DNA from: an uncultured Nitrospiraceae bacterium
Lineage (GTDB): Bacteria > Nitrospirota > Nitrospiria > Nitrospirales > Nitrospiraceae
Direction of reading: 5' to 3'
Length of the DNA stretch: 64,000 nt
NCBI GenBank assembly: GCA_963846575.1
Contig: CAWJWJ010000001.1
Span: 672,001-736,000 of the forward strand
Shown here one piece after another: positions 52,792 through 63,265 of this stretch; the stretch's first letter is position 1, and every line of letters begins with the position of its first letter. A program made the position numbers and the translations under genes. Under the pieces are notes generated by a model, which saw nothing but the letters and a program-made list of their open reading frames with translations, searched no databases and had not been told where the DNA came from.

Positions 52792-54423
52792 ATGGACCGG
52801 ATGACGCGCATCTACAGTTGGATCGACCGCAATATTCTTGAACTGGCTCGTGAATTTCGACTCTCCTATCTGCCGCCGCTGATGGTCTACATGGCTGCCG
52901 GGATCTCTGGCCTCACCGGCATCGTGGGCACCTTCTTCGTCAAAGATTATCTGGGCCTGTCCGCGGCGTTCCTCGCGGCGCTGGGTTTCTGGGCCGGCAT
53001 TCCCTGGGCGCTCAAGATGCCCTTCGGCCATCTGGTCGATCTCCTCTGGCGCTGGAAAAGCCTGCTCGTCTATTTCGGTGCGGGAGTGATTGCCGTCAGT
53101 CTGCTCATCATGGTCGGGCTGATCGGTCATCGCGAGGCGATGACGGCCATGATGCCGGCCGAGGTCTGGTACGTGCTCAGTGTCCTGCTGGCCCCGATCG
53201 GTTACGTAATCCAGGACACCGTGGCCGATGCGATGACCGTTGAAGCGGTCCCGAGGATCGACGAGCAGGGACAGCCGTTCGATGAATCCAGACTCAAGCT
53301 GATGCATACCACGATGCAGACGTTGGGCCGGGTGGCCATTATCGGTGGAGGGATTCTGGTCGCGCTGATCAATCTCTATCTCTTCACCGGCGTGGAGAAC
53401 CTGCCGAAAGAACGGATCGCCGAAATCTATCAGCAGGTCTATCTCATGGCGCTGGTCATCCCGGCCGTCTCAGTTCTGGGAGTGGTCGCGGCATCCATCC
53501 TGCGGGTTCGCGAGAAACGGCGGCTCTTGCGTCAGGGCATGACGGCTGCGCAAGTGGCGTCGGTGATCGACCGGTCGGATGAGGCGACGAGGCCCAATTG
53601 GTGGATTCTGGGCGGCAGTCTCGCGTTTGTGATCTTCACCCTGACGGTCGGATTCGGAGATTTTCCCTATAACGAAGAAATTGTGTTTGCCGGCTCAATG
53701 GGTATCGTGTGCCTGTTGATTCTGCGATTGACGGATGAGCTGGCCCCTGATGCGAAACATGTGCTCCTCGGCACGGCGCTCGTCATCTTTGTCTTCCGCG
53801 CCATACCGGGTCCGGGCGATGGTGTCACCTGGTGGATGATCGACAAGCTGAAGTTTGATCAGCAGTTTTTATCGGTGCTCTCACTGATCGGCAGTGCCCT
53901 GACCCTCGCCGGCATGTTTCTCTTCCGCCGCTTCATGGCCGAGCGGTCAATCGCCTATGTCGTGGGATTCCTGACGGCCGCGGCGTTTGTCCTGGGGCTA
54001 CCCATCGTCAGCATGTATTACGGGTTGCACCACTGGACCGCCGCGCTGACCGGCGGAGTGGTTGATGCCCGATTCATCGCCCTGGTCAATACGGCCCTCG
54101 AATCTCCCCTCGGCCAAATCTCCATGATTCCCATGCTGGCCTGGATCGCCAATTCCGCCCCGGCGAATCTCAAGGCCACCTATTTCGCCGTGATGGCCTC
54201 CTTCACCAACCTGGCACTGTCGCTGAGCCAGCTCGGCACAAAATATCTGAACCAAGCCTTTGTGATCACCCGGGAGGTGCGCGATCCGGTGACGCAAACG
54301 CTTCAAGTGCCCGAAGATTATTCTCAGCTTGGCGCCCTGCTCCTGGTGCAGATTGTCCTGGGCCTCGCACTCCCCTTTGCTGCGATCGTGTTTACCCGGT
54401 TGACCCGCTTTCGGAGTGCGTGA
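52792..54423 (+). CDS. MFS transporter, BT1/folate-biopterin-like
   Basis: IPWALKMPFG, DTVADAMTVE and ATYFAVMASFTNL motifs; many TM segments. Confidence 0.75.
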   Translation: MDRMTRIYSWIDRNILELAREFRLSYLPPLMVYMAAGISGLTGIVGTFFVKDYLGLSAAFLAALGFWAGIPWALKMPFGHLVDLLWRWKSLLVYFGAGVIAVSLLIMVGLIGHREAMTAMMPAEVWYVLSVLLAPIGYVIQDTVADAMTVEAVPRIDEQGQPFDESRLKLMHTTMQTLGRVAIIGGGILVALINLYLFTGVENLPKERIAEIYQQVYLMALVIPAVSVLGVVAASILRVREKRRLLRQGMTAAQVASVIDRSDEATRPNWWILGGSLAFVIFTLTVGFGDFPYNEEIVFAGSMGIVCLLILRLTDELAPDAKHVLLGTALVIFVFRAIPGPGDGVTWWMIDKLKFDQQFLSVLSLIGSALTLAGMFLFRRFMAERSIAYVVGFLTAAAFVLGLPIVSMYYGLHHWTAALTGGVVDARFIALVNTALESPLGQISMIPMLAWIANSAPANLKATYFAVMASFTNLALSLSQLGTKYLNQAFVITREVRDPVTQTLQVPEDYSQLGALLLVQIVLGLALPFAAIVFTRLTRFRSA

Positions 54424-54443
54424 GCTTTGGGAGACCTGTGTCA

Positions 54444-55385
54444 ATGAGTTCTCTCCAGTTCCTTGCGGACCATGGCGCGGTGGTGCTGTTCTGGGTGATT
54501 TTCATCGAACAGGCCGGCGCGCCCATTCCGGCTATTCCCCTCCTGATCGCGGCTGGTGCGCTCGTCGGCGCCGGACAAATGAGCGCCTTCACGGCCTTGC
54601 TCGTGCCGGTCGCGGCCTCCCTTCCGCCGGATCTTGCGTGGTATTACCTGGGGCGTACCAGAGGAGGGAAGGTCCTAGGGCTTCTCTGCCGTCTTTCGCT
54701 GGAGCCGGATTCCTGCGTGCGAGACACGGAGAATATGTTTCACAAAAACGGCCCCCGCTCGCTTCTGCTGGCGAAGTTCATTCCCGGATTGAGCACGGTG
54801 GCGCCGCCCCTGGCGGGGATTGTCGGAATGCCCGCCGTCACATTCATCCTGTACGATCTGGGGGGGACGTTGATCTGGGCAGGGGTGAGCGCGGGCGTCG
54901 GCGCGCTGTTCAGTGACCAACTGGAGTATCTGGTCGGGTTATTCGATCAGGCCGGCGTGTGGGTGCTCGCGATGCTGTTCCTCGGGGTCTCGGGGTACAT
55001 CGGCTACAAATACTATCATCGGCAGATGTTTTTGCGATATTTGCGAATGGCAAAGATTTCAGTCGAGGAATTGAAACAACGATTGGATGCCGGAGAAATG
55101 ATCAGCGTGGTCGATGTCCGGCACCCGCTCGCCCTGGAACTCGATCCTGACACCATCCCCGGTGCGATCAATTTCACGATGGAAGAAATCGAACACCGTC
55201 ATCATGAAATCCCTCGTGACCGGGACATCGTGCTCTACTGTACCTGCCCGAATGAAGTATCCAGCGCCAGGACCGCCTATCTATTAAAGAAAAAAGGGAT
55301 CCATCGGGTGCGTCCCCTGGTCGGCGGCCTCGATGCATGGCGCGAACGAAAGTTCCCGGTGGACCGGCGACGGACCACGATTTGA
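54444..55385 (+). CDS. DedA-rhodanese fusion
   Basis: EQAGAPIP, AKFIPGL and APPLAG (DedA); VDVR, YCTCPNE and LVGGLDAW (rhodanese). Confidence 0.88.
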   Translation: MSSLQFLADHGAVVLFWVIFIEQAGAPIPAIPLLIAAGALVGAGQMSAFTALLVPVAASLPPDLAWYYLGRTRGGKVLGLLCRLSLEPDSCVRDTENMFHKNGPRSLLLAKFIPGLSTVAPPLAGIVGMPAVTFILYDLGGTLIWAGVSAGVGALFSDQLEYLVGLFDQAGVWVLAMLFLGVSGYIGYKYYHRQMFLRYLRMAKISVEELKQRLDAGEMISVVDVRHPLALELDPDTIPGAINFTMEEIEHRHHEIPRDRDIVLYCTCPNEVSSARTAYLLKKKGIHRVRPLVGGLDAWRERKFPVDRRRTTI

Positions 55386-55477
55386 ATACCTGCAGGGTAC
55401 AGGTGATCAGACGTTCGATATGACGCCGGAATGCGAATCCTGATGGAAACGCAGCCGGTCAGAATAGGAGTGTGCTC

Positions 55478-56092
55478 ATGAAGATTCTGATGGCCTGTGT
55501 GGTGTCGGTGCTTTCGCTGGGTTCACAGGGGGGCGAAGCCGGCGTGGTTCCTGTCAAGGAGGCAGACGTGAGCGGAGCCCAGAGATGGCTCGTGAAAAGC
55601 GCCTCCCGCCAGAAGAGCTCCTTTGCAAAATATAAGGTGGTCGGGGTTTTTCAGCGAGACAAGCAATTTGTGGGCGGCTCTGCCATGGCCGATGTCACGA
55701 AGCAGGTGGAATTCGAATTCAGCTGGCCGCTGGAGGACGCGCCGCCACCGAGGGTCCTGCCCAACATCCCCACACAGGCAGAGCATTATCGAGATGGCTC
55801 GGGCGTCTGCCCCGCTCCGATCCTCAAGGGAAGCTACGAACATTTTGAGCTCAAAAGCATCACGGTGATCGGTACGATGTTCGGCCTTATGGGCGAGCGG
55901 AGAACGCCTGACATGGACCAATATGTCGGGGGCGGCGGGTGCGCGGGAACGCGTCCGGTGCAGGGGCAGGCTCGTGAAGAACAGTTGCTGGTGACGCTAC
56001 CTCCTGATTTGTTTACGGGGAACATATCCAAGGGGCAGGTCATAAAACAGCAGGAACAGGAATGGACCTGGACGTTCACGCCGATTCCTTGA
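55478..56092 (+). CDS. Hypothetical exported protein
   Basis: AGGAG RBS, signal peptide, two Cys in the mature part. Confidence 0.6.
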   Translation: MKILMACVVSVLSLGSQGGEAGVVPVKEADVSGAQRWLVKSASRQKSSFAKYKVVGVFQRDKQFVGGSAMADVTKQVEFEFSWPLEDAPPPRVLPNIPTQAEHYRDGSGVCPAPILKGSYEHFELKSITVIGTMFGLMGERRTPDMDQYVGGGGCAGTRPVQGQAREEQLLVTLPPDLFTGNISKGQVIKQQEQEWTWTFTPIP

Positions 56093-56347
56093 GAGCCGGA
56101 AGGACTCCTGGTGGATTCGTCTGACCTCCTTTCGGCCCTGGCATCCCCTTGACCCCTGTTGTATGATGGCCATCTAGGATAGAGCACCTACATGACGTAG
56201 GGTTCGCCGGACCGGGGATCCCGAGAATGTTCCACCTGGTCCTCTGGCGAGGCGGCAGCCAGTACTCCGGAAAATCGTACTATCGCTCTGCGTCATGCCT
56301 CGTAGAGAAGTCAGAACAGTCAGAGCCTTGTTAACATTCGACTGAAA

Positions 56348-56701
56348 GGGGGCGACCGGTTTCGACGGGGATACTGATGCCATCGTCGCATGTCGAGCTC
56401 TCGGGGTCTCGTAAATCCTCCGGGAAAATGCAACTGCCAATCAAGAACTGGCACTCGCAGCTTAATTATTTAAGCTGAGACGTCGTTCCATCTGAGGCCC
56501 GCGGGGGTGGAATGGCGCGATGCAGCGGGCTGGTCCAACGTCGGTGCTCAGCGGCAGTGGACGAGACAATACTGGGCTAGCGGCGGTTCTAAGCCTGCCG
56601 ATAGGCGTGGGTCGCTGCGAAATTTAAAGAATCGGCTACACATGTAGAAGCGATGAGCCGACGATCTTCGGACAGGGGTTCAACTCCCCTCGCCTCCACC
56701 A
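56348..56701 (+). ncRNA. ssrA: tmRNA; tag peptide (A)ANQELALAA* at 56436-56465
   Basis: 5' GGGGGCGACCGGTTTCGAC; 3' GGGGTTCAACTCCCCTCGCCTCCACCA; Ala acceptor stem with G.U pair; tag ORF ending LAA. Confidence 0.95.
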
Positions 56702-57218
56702 ACTCTGTACGTACCGCCGACCTCGGCTCGAGTAGACACAGGGGTCGGCGGGCACGTATGTGAGGGAGGGCTTCATCAGGAGAACCTTCAGGTGACCTGC
56801 GGGTTCCCTTCCGATCTAGCCTGTTCAAAGCCTGCGTAGAGGGCCCTCCTCACCACCTCATTTGTCTCCTACCGTACCTGCCACCAGCATGCAGACCGCC
56901 CTTTCGGAGAGCGATTCCGTTAATTCGAGTATTGCCATGCACCACGGTATCGGCCTTCCCGTCCATCGGGCGCCTGTGCTCGCGGAGAGGCTCGTAGTCT
57001 GCGGAACTGCTTTCCTGGGTGCGTGCCTCGCCAGTTTCCCGTGGTTGTCGCATCCTGCCTCTGGCTGGCGCATGTAGCTCCATTCAGCATCCAAATTGTG
57101 TGGAATAATGCGCCAGTCCTTAGCCTTGTTCAGTTTGCCGACCGGGTCGTTCACCTGCGAAAGCTAAGTTTTTCGGGAGATTCTGGTTCCCGCCTTTCAG
57201 GTTCCTTCGCTTCGACAA

Positions 57219-57234
57219 AGGCATGTGTTTTGCT
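57219..57234 (+). promoter_or_regulatory. Putative sigma54 (-24/-12) promoter
   Basis: AGGCATGTGTTTTGCT, i.e. GG-N10-GC with TTGC. Confidence 0.5.
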
Positions 57235-57455
57235 GAGACCAGGTCTTAGCGTGCTCGTGCGGATTCACGGTGAGCCGAGCGAGGGAGGAGCGAACAAAGA
57301 TAGGAATAGAGCGCCGGCATACCATGATTCCGTCTCGGCAACAGAAACAGGACGCTTCGCACCAGCGGTCGAACTCGTCACCGATCGGAACGAGCCCTGG
57401 CTGCGGTTGCACTGTTGGGAGTCGTTTAAGTAAAATGGGGTATTCGGGCACAGAC

Positions 57456-57472
57456 TGTTACAGCCTGTAACA
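57456..57472. promoter_or_regulatory. Perfect palindromic operator TGTTACAG-C-CTGTAACA
   Basis: 8-bp inverted repeat with a 1-nt spacer just upstream of the RBS. Confidence 0.55.
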
Positions 57473-57498
57473 AATCACATCACTTTAGGAGGTTTAAT

Positions 57499-57930
57499 AT
57501 GATGAATTCTAGAAATGTCTGGTCGGTAGGTATGATGGCAGTGGCCTGCGCTGTACTATCTGCTTGTTCGAGCATTCCACAGACCACCCGAACGGCAGCC
57601 ATCCATGACATTTCCATTACCGATGCGCTCAAGAATGACAATCTGGTCGTTCAGCCGGGAGACGAAATCCGTTGGGTCAACCTGCGGAAGGATACTGCAC
57701 GTGTCGATATCCCCAATCTGGTTGCGGAAGATTTGGCCTGCCGGCGCGGCTTCTCCAATTGGATGGGGCAGCTGAGGGAAACGGCCGAACTTGGCGAAAA
57801 CGAGACGGCTTCCTTATGCTTCAAGAAAGCCCAAATCATCAATTACAACGTGCGAGCGGAAACCGCTCTTGGTGGTGGGATGAAGATCCTGCCCGGTACC
57901 GTTCGGATCGATAATGCCATGCCTAAGTAG
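57499..57930 (+). CDS. Lipoprotein with a cupredoxin-like fold
   Basis: AGGAGG RBS, lipobox LSAC, VVQPGDEIRWVN; no His/Cys/His/Met type-1 Cu ligand set. Confidence 0.65.
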   Translation: MMNSRNVWSVGMMAVACAVLSACSSIPQTTRTAAIHDISITDALKNDNLVVQPGDEIRWVNLRKDTARVDIPNLVAEDLACRRGFSNWMGQLRETAELGENETASLCFKKAQIINYNVRAETALGGGMKILPGTVRIDNAMPK

Positions 57931-58759
57931 GGTTCGCGAATCGCGAAACGCGAGTGATCGATGCGTTTTCCGGGTCGTTCATTCGTGACGGGCGATTCAG
58001 ACCGGTTGGTGTTGTTGAAAGGATTCACGCGAATGACCCAGCGCACATTCATCTCCTCCTGGCGATGATCGGCGCTGGGTCACCAGCCCATCCATGATTG
58101 GGAGTGTCAGAACCCGTTGCTTCCGATCATGTCGTCTCATCTCCAGGTAGCGAAAAGTTGGCTTTTGTGAGGCGTTGCGATGCGCGCCTCCGAAGGCGGC
58201 ATTCATGGTCCTCGCGCTATTCGCAAAGGCCGCGGAGATTGGCAACGAGCTGTTTCTGATCGTTGGTGATACGGTTGTAGAATCGGTGGTCGCTGAGATC
58301 GGTGTCAGAAACAGTACGAGTTCGCCGTACACCTCATTTTGAATCTTCAGCGGGTTGACGGTGACTGCGAAACGGAACGCTGCCTCCCTCGCCCATCCAG
58401 GGTTCGGTATGGCCAACAGCGGCGGCCGTTGGATCAGAAGCGCGGGCATTCGTCCGTGATCGAGAACGATCGCCCGTTCACGTGAAGAGCCTGGGCGGCA
58501 TGGGATCGTATCGGACGGCTGGCGTTGGGTTGTCTTGACTTGTGCGACGCCGCTCGGGCTTGATATGGCAAAACGGATTCCGTTCGGATCTCCAGCCGGG
58601 AGCCGAAGACGGGATCGCTATGTGGTCAGGGTGGGGAGAGCCAGTCGACCGAACCGCTTCCATAGATGTGGGCGGAAGGTGGCAGCAACCGATAGTGCTG
58701 CAAGACTGAAGGCCTAGACCGTAAGAAATGCTCGCCCGAAGTTAACCGCAGGAGAACAT

Positions 58760-60991
58760 ATGCGTCTGTCGCTCCGGTTCATCCTTCCGTTGCTGCTGGT
58801 CTTGGGCGCCGTGGCCTACAGTGTCGTCCCACTGGTCGATTCGCTCACCCTGAAGTGGTTCACGAGGGATCTTGAAAGCCGATCCAAATTACTGGCCAGC
58901 ACCATGGAAGTGCCGTTATCCGACCTTGTGGCGACGCGCTCGCGCACAAAAATCTTTGCCTATTTTCATAAGGTGATACAGGACGAGCGGCTGTATGCGC
59001 TTGGTTTTTGCGATACCCAGCAACGGTTGCTCTATCAAACCCTGACCTATCCCGACCAATTGACTTGCGAGAGTCTGGCCCACCTCGCGCCCGGGTCGTC
59101 GGAAGTGGTGGAGTTCGCGCAAGGGGCGTTGCACGTTGTGGTCGCGACCATTCAAGCGGGTGGGAAAAATCAGGGCCGGCTCATGCTGGTCCACGACATG
59201 AGTTTTGTGCACCAGCGCAGTACCGACACGAAGTGGTACATTTTTTACCTTTTCGTCGGCCTGGCAGCGCTGGTCTCCGCGGTCACGGTGCTCGTCGCGC
59301 ATTTGAGCTGGCGAGGCTGGGTGGCCGGAGTGCGAGCCATGCTGACCAAGACCGGTCTGCCCACGAAGTCCGATGAAACCCATTCTCCCGAATTGCACCC
59401 GGTTGCTCAGGACCTTCATGCGCTGGTGCGTGAGTTGGAAGCCGACCGCCGCATGCGAGATGAAAGCCAGATCACCTGGAGCCCGGCCAGCCTCAAGACG
59501 ATCCTGCACGAGCATCTCTCCGGTGACGAAATTCTGATCGTGTCCAATCGGCAGCCCTATATCCACAATCGCCGCGGACAGAAGATCGAGGTGCAGGTGC
59601 CGGCCAGCGGCCTGGTCTCCGCATTGGAGCCGGTCATGCGTGCCTGTTCAGGGGTGTGGATTGCCCATGGTAATGGCTCGGCAGACCGTGAAGTGGTGGA
59701 TAGCCGCGATCATGTGAGGGTTCCCCCTGACCACCCCTCCTACGATATCCGTCGCATCTGGCTCACGCCCGACGAGGAATCCGGGTTTTATTACGGATTC
59801 TCCAACGAGGGTCTCTGGCCCTTGTGCCACAACGCCCATGTCCGCCCGACGTTTCGCACCTCCGACTGGGAGCAGTATGTGGCGGTCAACGAACGTTTTG
59901 CCAAGGCCGTCATCGAAGAGGCTAAGACGGATGATCCGGTTGTGCTGGTCCAGGACTACCACTTCGCGCTGTTGCCCAAGATGGTGCGCGAAAAGCTGCC
60001 GAACGCGACCATCATCGTGTTCTGGCACATTCCATGGCCGAACGCGGAAAGTTACGGCATTTGCCCCTGGCGGCAGGAAATTCTGGAAGGGTTACTCGGG
60101 AGCAGCATTGTCGGCTTTCACACCCGCGAACATGGCAACCATTTTCTCTACTGCATCGATCGTATTCTCGAAGCGCGCATCGACCGGGATACCTCGACGG
60201 TGTCCTACGGGGGACGCCTCACGGCGGTCAACCCCTACCCCATCTCGATCGAATGGCCGTCGCGCTGGTTGGAGAACCAACGGCCGGTGCCCGACTGCCG
60301 GACGCATATCCGGGAACGTCATGCCATGGGGCCGGATCGACTGGTGGGGATCGGTGTGGACCGGCTCGATTACACGAAAGGTATTATCGAGCGGTTCAGC
60401 GCGGTTGAACGATTGTTCGAACTGCAGCCGGAATGGGTCGGAAAATTTACGTTCGTTCAGATTGCGGCGCCGAGCCGGACGATCATCGATCAGTACCAGC
60501 ATTTTCACGACCAGGTGTATGCGCTGGCCGAGCGCATCAATAAACGGTTCGGACGTGAGGGCTACGAGCCGATCGTCTTGAAAGTCAAACATCATGAGCC
60601 TCCGGATGTGTATGAGTATTATCGGGCATCCGAGCTCTGTTTCGTCACGAGTCTTCACGACGGGATGAATCTCGTGGCGAAAGAGTTCATTGCCTCGCGG
60701 GACGACGACCAAGGCGTGTTGATCCTGAGCCAGTTCACGGGAGCGGCTCAAGAGCTGCCCGAGGCCCTGGTGGTTAATCCATACGACATGGATCAATGCG
60801 CAGCCGCACTGCACATGGCGCTATCGATGTCGCCGAAGGAGCAGCGAGCCCGCATGCGGAGCATGCGTGGCCTGATTCAAGAGTTTAACGTCTATCGCTG
60901 GGCGGGGCGCATGCTCATGGATGCCGCGCGCATGCGTCGCCGCATTCGCGTCATGAAGCAGGTGGGCCAAGCCCCGGGACGGGTCCGGTAG
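58760..60991 (+). CDS. otsA: Trehalose-6-phosphate synthase (GT20) fused to an N-terminal 2-TM sensor-like module
   Basis: [35 protein letters not shown] and [10 protein letters not shown] motifs; residues 1-255 look like TM-extracytoplasmic-TM-HAMP. Confidence 0.9.
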   Translation: MRLSLRFILPLLLVLGAVAYSVVPLVDSLTLKWFTRDLESRSKLLASTMEVPLSDLVATRSRTKIFAYFHKVIQDERLYALGFCDTQQRLLYQTLTYPDQLTCESLAHLAPGSSEVVEFAQGALHVVVATIQAGGKNQGRLMLVHDMSFVHQRSTDTKWYIFYLFVGLAALVSAVTVLVAHLSWRGWVAGVRAMLTKTGLPTKSDETHSPELHPVAQDLHALVRELEADRRMRDESQITWSPASLKTILHEHLSGDEILIVSNRQPYIHNRRGQKIEVQVPASGLVSALEPVMRACSGVWIAHGNGSADREVVDSRDHVRVPPDHPSYDIRRIWLTPDEESGFYYGFSNEGLWPLCHNAHVRPTFRTSDWEQYVAVNERFAKAVIEEAKTDDPVVLVQDYHFALLPKMVREKLPNATIIVFWHIPWPNAESYGICPWRQEILEGLLGSSIVGFHTREHGNHFLYCIDRILEARIDRDTSTVSYGGRLTAVNPYPISIEWPSRWLENQRPVPDCRTHIRERHAMGPDRLVGIGVDRLDYTKGIIERFSAVERLFELQPEWVGKFTFVQIAAPSRTIIDQYQHFHDQVYALAERINKRFGREGYEPIVLKVKHHEPPDVYEYYRASELCFVTSLHDGMNLVAKEFIASRDDDQGVLILSQFTGAAQELPEALVVNPYDMDQCAAALHMALSMSPKEQRARMRSMRGLIQEFNVYRWAGRMLMDAARMRRRIRVMKQVGQAPGRVR

Positions 60992-60999
60992 CCGTACCG

Positions 61000-61773
61000 A
61001 TGCAGAACGTGCTCAGAACGCCAGGCAAGCGCGCGCTTGATCAGATCGCCGGCCAGGAGGCCGTCCTGTTTGCCTTCGATTTCGACGGCACGCTGGCGCA
61101 AATCGTCCAGGATCGGCATGCGGCTGTGCTCACGCAACCCATACGGGAGGCGCTGCAGGCGTTGGCCGCGAAGGCACCGACCGCCGTGATTTCAGGTCGC
61201 GCGCTGGCCGATCTGCAGCCGCGAGTCGAAGGCATCTCCGCCCATCTGGTTGGAAACCACGGCTTGGAAGGACTTCACACCTCGGAGCACGTCATGCACC
61301 AGGCGCAAGATTGTTGCCGCGCCTGGCTGAAGACGGTGGCGAAAGAGCAGCCGGGCCTGACCAAGGTCGGCGTGGTGGTGGAGGACAAAACCTTCTCGCT
61401 CACGTTCCACTATCGACAGGCCTCCTGCCCGCAGGCCGCGCGGGAAGCGATTTTCCATATGGCTGCACTCTTAACTCCGGCTCCAAGGCTGGTCATGGGG
61501 AAAGCGGTCGTGAATACGATTCCACCAGGCAGTTTGCACAAGGGTTCCGCGATGTTGGAGTTGATGCATCAATTGCAGACTTCAGCGGCGCTCTATGTGG
61601 GCGATGACGATACCGATGAAGATGTGTTTTCGTTGCCCGACGAGCGCATCGTCACCGTACGCATCGGGAAAAAGGCGGCGTCCGCCGCGCAATATTATCT
61701 TGAGCGGCAGTCGCAGATCGGCCGTCTCCTGACGTACCTCGCCCGCGTCCGTGGCGAGGGGTCGGCATCCTAA
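61000..61773 (+). CDS. otsB: Trehalose-6-phosphate phosphatase
   Basis: FDFDGTL, ISGR, GNHGLE, HYR and YVGDDDTDEDVF motifs. Confidence 0.92.
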   Translation: MQNVLRTPGKRALDQIAGQEAVLFAFDFDGTLAQIVQDRHAAVLTQPIREALQALAAKAPTAVISGRALADLQPRVEGISAHLVGNHGLEGLHTSEHVMHQAQDCCRAWLKTVAKEQPGLTKVGVVVEDKTFSLTFHYRQASCPQAAREAIFHMAALLTPAPRLVMGKAVVNTIPPGSLHKGSAMLELMHQLQTSAALYVGDDDTDEDVFSLPDERIVTVRIGKKAASAAQYYLERQSQIGRLLTYLARVRGEGSAS

Positions 61774-62392
61774 CCTTCTTGCGCGGCCACGCCATGCTCC
61801 TACAGGTGTATACAGAGACCGGGATGGTGACCTCGCCGGGACGATCCTGATCAGTGGCCGGCGCCTCCTGGGTGAAGAGGTTGATCATGACCGGCGAGTT
61901 CGGTCCCTTCCACGACCAAGCGCTCCCCGGTTTTGGTGGTAAGTGTGGCAGTAGTGGCGAAACTCTTTGTGCATGCCAGGCCACCGTTCGCGAAGCGCGA
62001 GGGCCAATCCCTGTTTGAAGTTATCATTTGGCGCCACGCCATGGGCAACGGCACCTGCGTGAGACACAGGGTACCGCCGGTGATTTCCTTGAGCATGACA
62101 GCCGCCGCCCTCCTTGGTTATGGGATCCCGCTTTTCCCATAAGAATTGGTACGAGCGAATCAATGGCGGGCTGGAAGTATGCTCTGAGATGCCGAGTACC
62201 GGTCTATTGGTCGGTGTTGTGCACTCCCGGCTCGCTGATGCGAGCTATTCTCCCAAGGCACCTCCAAGGGAACGAGCAGTCATTTCTCTTTGGGCTCGGT
62301 CCGCAGATTGGCGTATCTTCGCCAGTGGAGGGAAACCCAGGGCTATACAGGTCTTCCGGGCGTCCGGAGGTCCGATGTGGAGGGGCGTAGAT

Positions 62393-63211
62393 ATGGCTGA
62401 CTATCGCATCAAGCCAGGTTGCCGATTCACTCTGAAAGATTTCGATCCCGATGACACGGGGCGCTATAAGAAAAACCGTGATGGGAAGGCGAAGGCCAAA
62501 TCGGCTGCGGCCGGCTATGTCGCAAAACTTGATCAGTTGCAGGAACGATTGTATGCCAATGGAAGTCAGGCGGTGTTGATCATTTTGCAGGGAATGGACA
62601 CAAGCGGGAAAGACGGCACGATTAAGAACGTGATGTCCGGTGTCAACCCGCAGGGATGCCGGGTGGCCTCATTCAAGGCGCCGAGCGAGAAGGATCTTAG
62701 CCACGATTTTCTCTGGCGAGTGCATCAGGAAGTGCCGCCGAAGGGATACATCGGAATCTTTAATCGCTCACATTATGAGGATGTGTTGATTACGCAGGTG
62801 CATGGCTGGGTCTCGGATAAGGTCATCACGCAACGCCTCGACCAGATCAACGCGTTCGAAGAAATGCTGGCCGAAAACGGCACCACCATTCTCAAGATCT
62901 TCCTGCACATCTCGAAGGATGAGCAGAAGGAACGGCTTACTGAGCGGATCCAGGACCCTGAGAAGCGTTGGAAGTTCAATGATGGGGATCTCGAGGAACG
63001 GAAGCTCTGGGAGGATTATATCAAGGCGTTTGAAGGTGTCCTGTCGGCCACCAGCACCCAGCATGCGCCTTGGTACGTGGTGCCGGCGAATCGTAAATGG
63101 TATCGGAACCTCGTGGTGGCGGAATTGGTCGTTGAGCAGCTGACGGCGCTGAAACTTTCGACCCCCCCGGCCCCCAAGGGGATAAACTTTGACAAGCTGA
63201 AGATTGTCTAG
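62393..63211 (+). CDS. ppk2: Polyphosphate kinase 2 family (class III-like)
   Basis: QGMDTSGKDG, FKAPS, HDFLWR, FNRSHYEDV and APWYVVPA motifs. Confidence 0.9.
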   Translation: MADYRIKPGCRFTLKDFDPDDTGRYKKNRDGKAKAKSAAAGYVAKLDQLQERLYANGSQAVLIILQGMDTSGKDGTIKNVMSGVNPQGCRVASFKAPSEKDLSHDFLWRVHQEVPPKGYIGIFNRSHYEDVLITQVHGWVSDKVITQRLDQINAFEEMLAENGTTILKIFLHISKDEQKERLTERIQDPEKRWKFNDGDLEERKLWEDYIKAFEGVLSATSTQHAPWYVVPANRKWYRNLVVAELVVEQLTALKLSTPPAPKGINFDKLKIV

Positions 63212-63265
63212 GCCGAGTCCCGGAGTCGGGAGACGTCGTTTTCCTTCTAACCAGGAGTGCACATC

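Noticed and set aside
57997..58449. 150-aa minus-strand ORF and the overlapping 69-aa ORF
   Set aside because: No motifs and atypical composition; the 69-aa ORF runs antisense into the lipoprotein gene
61774..62392. Possible riboswitch or N-terminal extension of PPK2
   Set aside because: No riboswitch consensus recognised; GGAGG RBS supports the start at 62393
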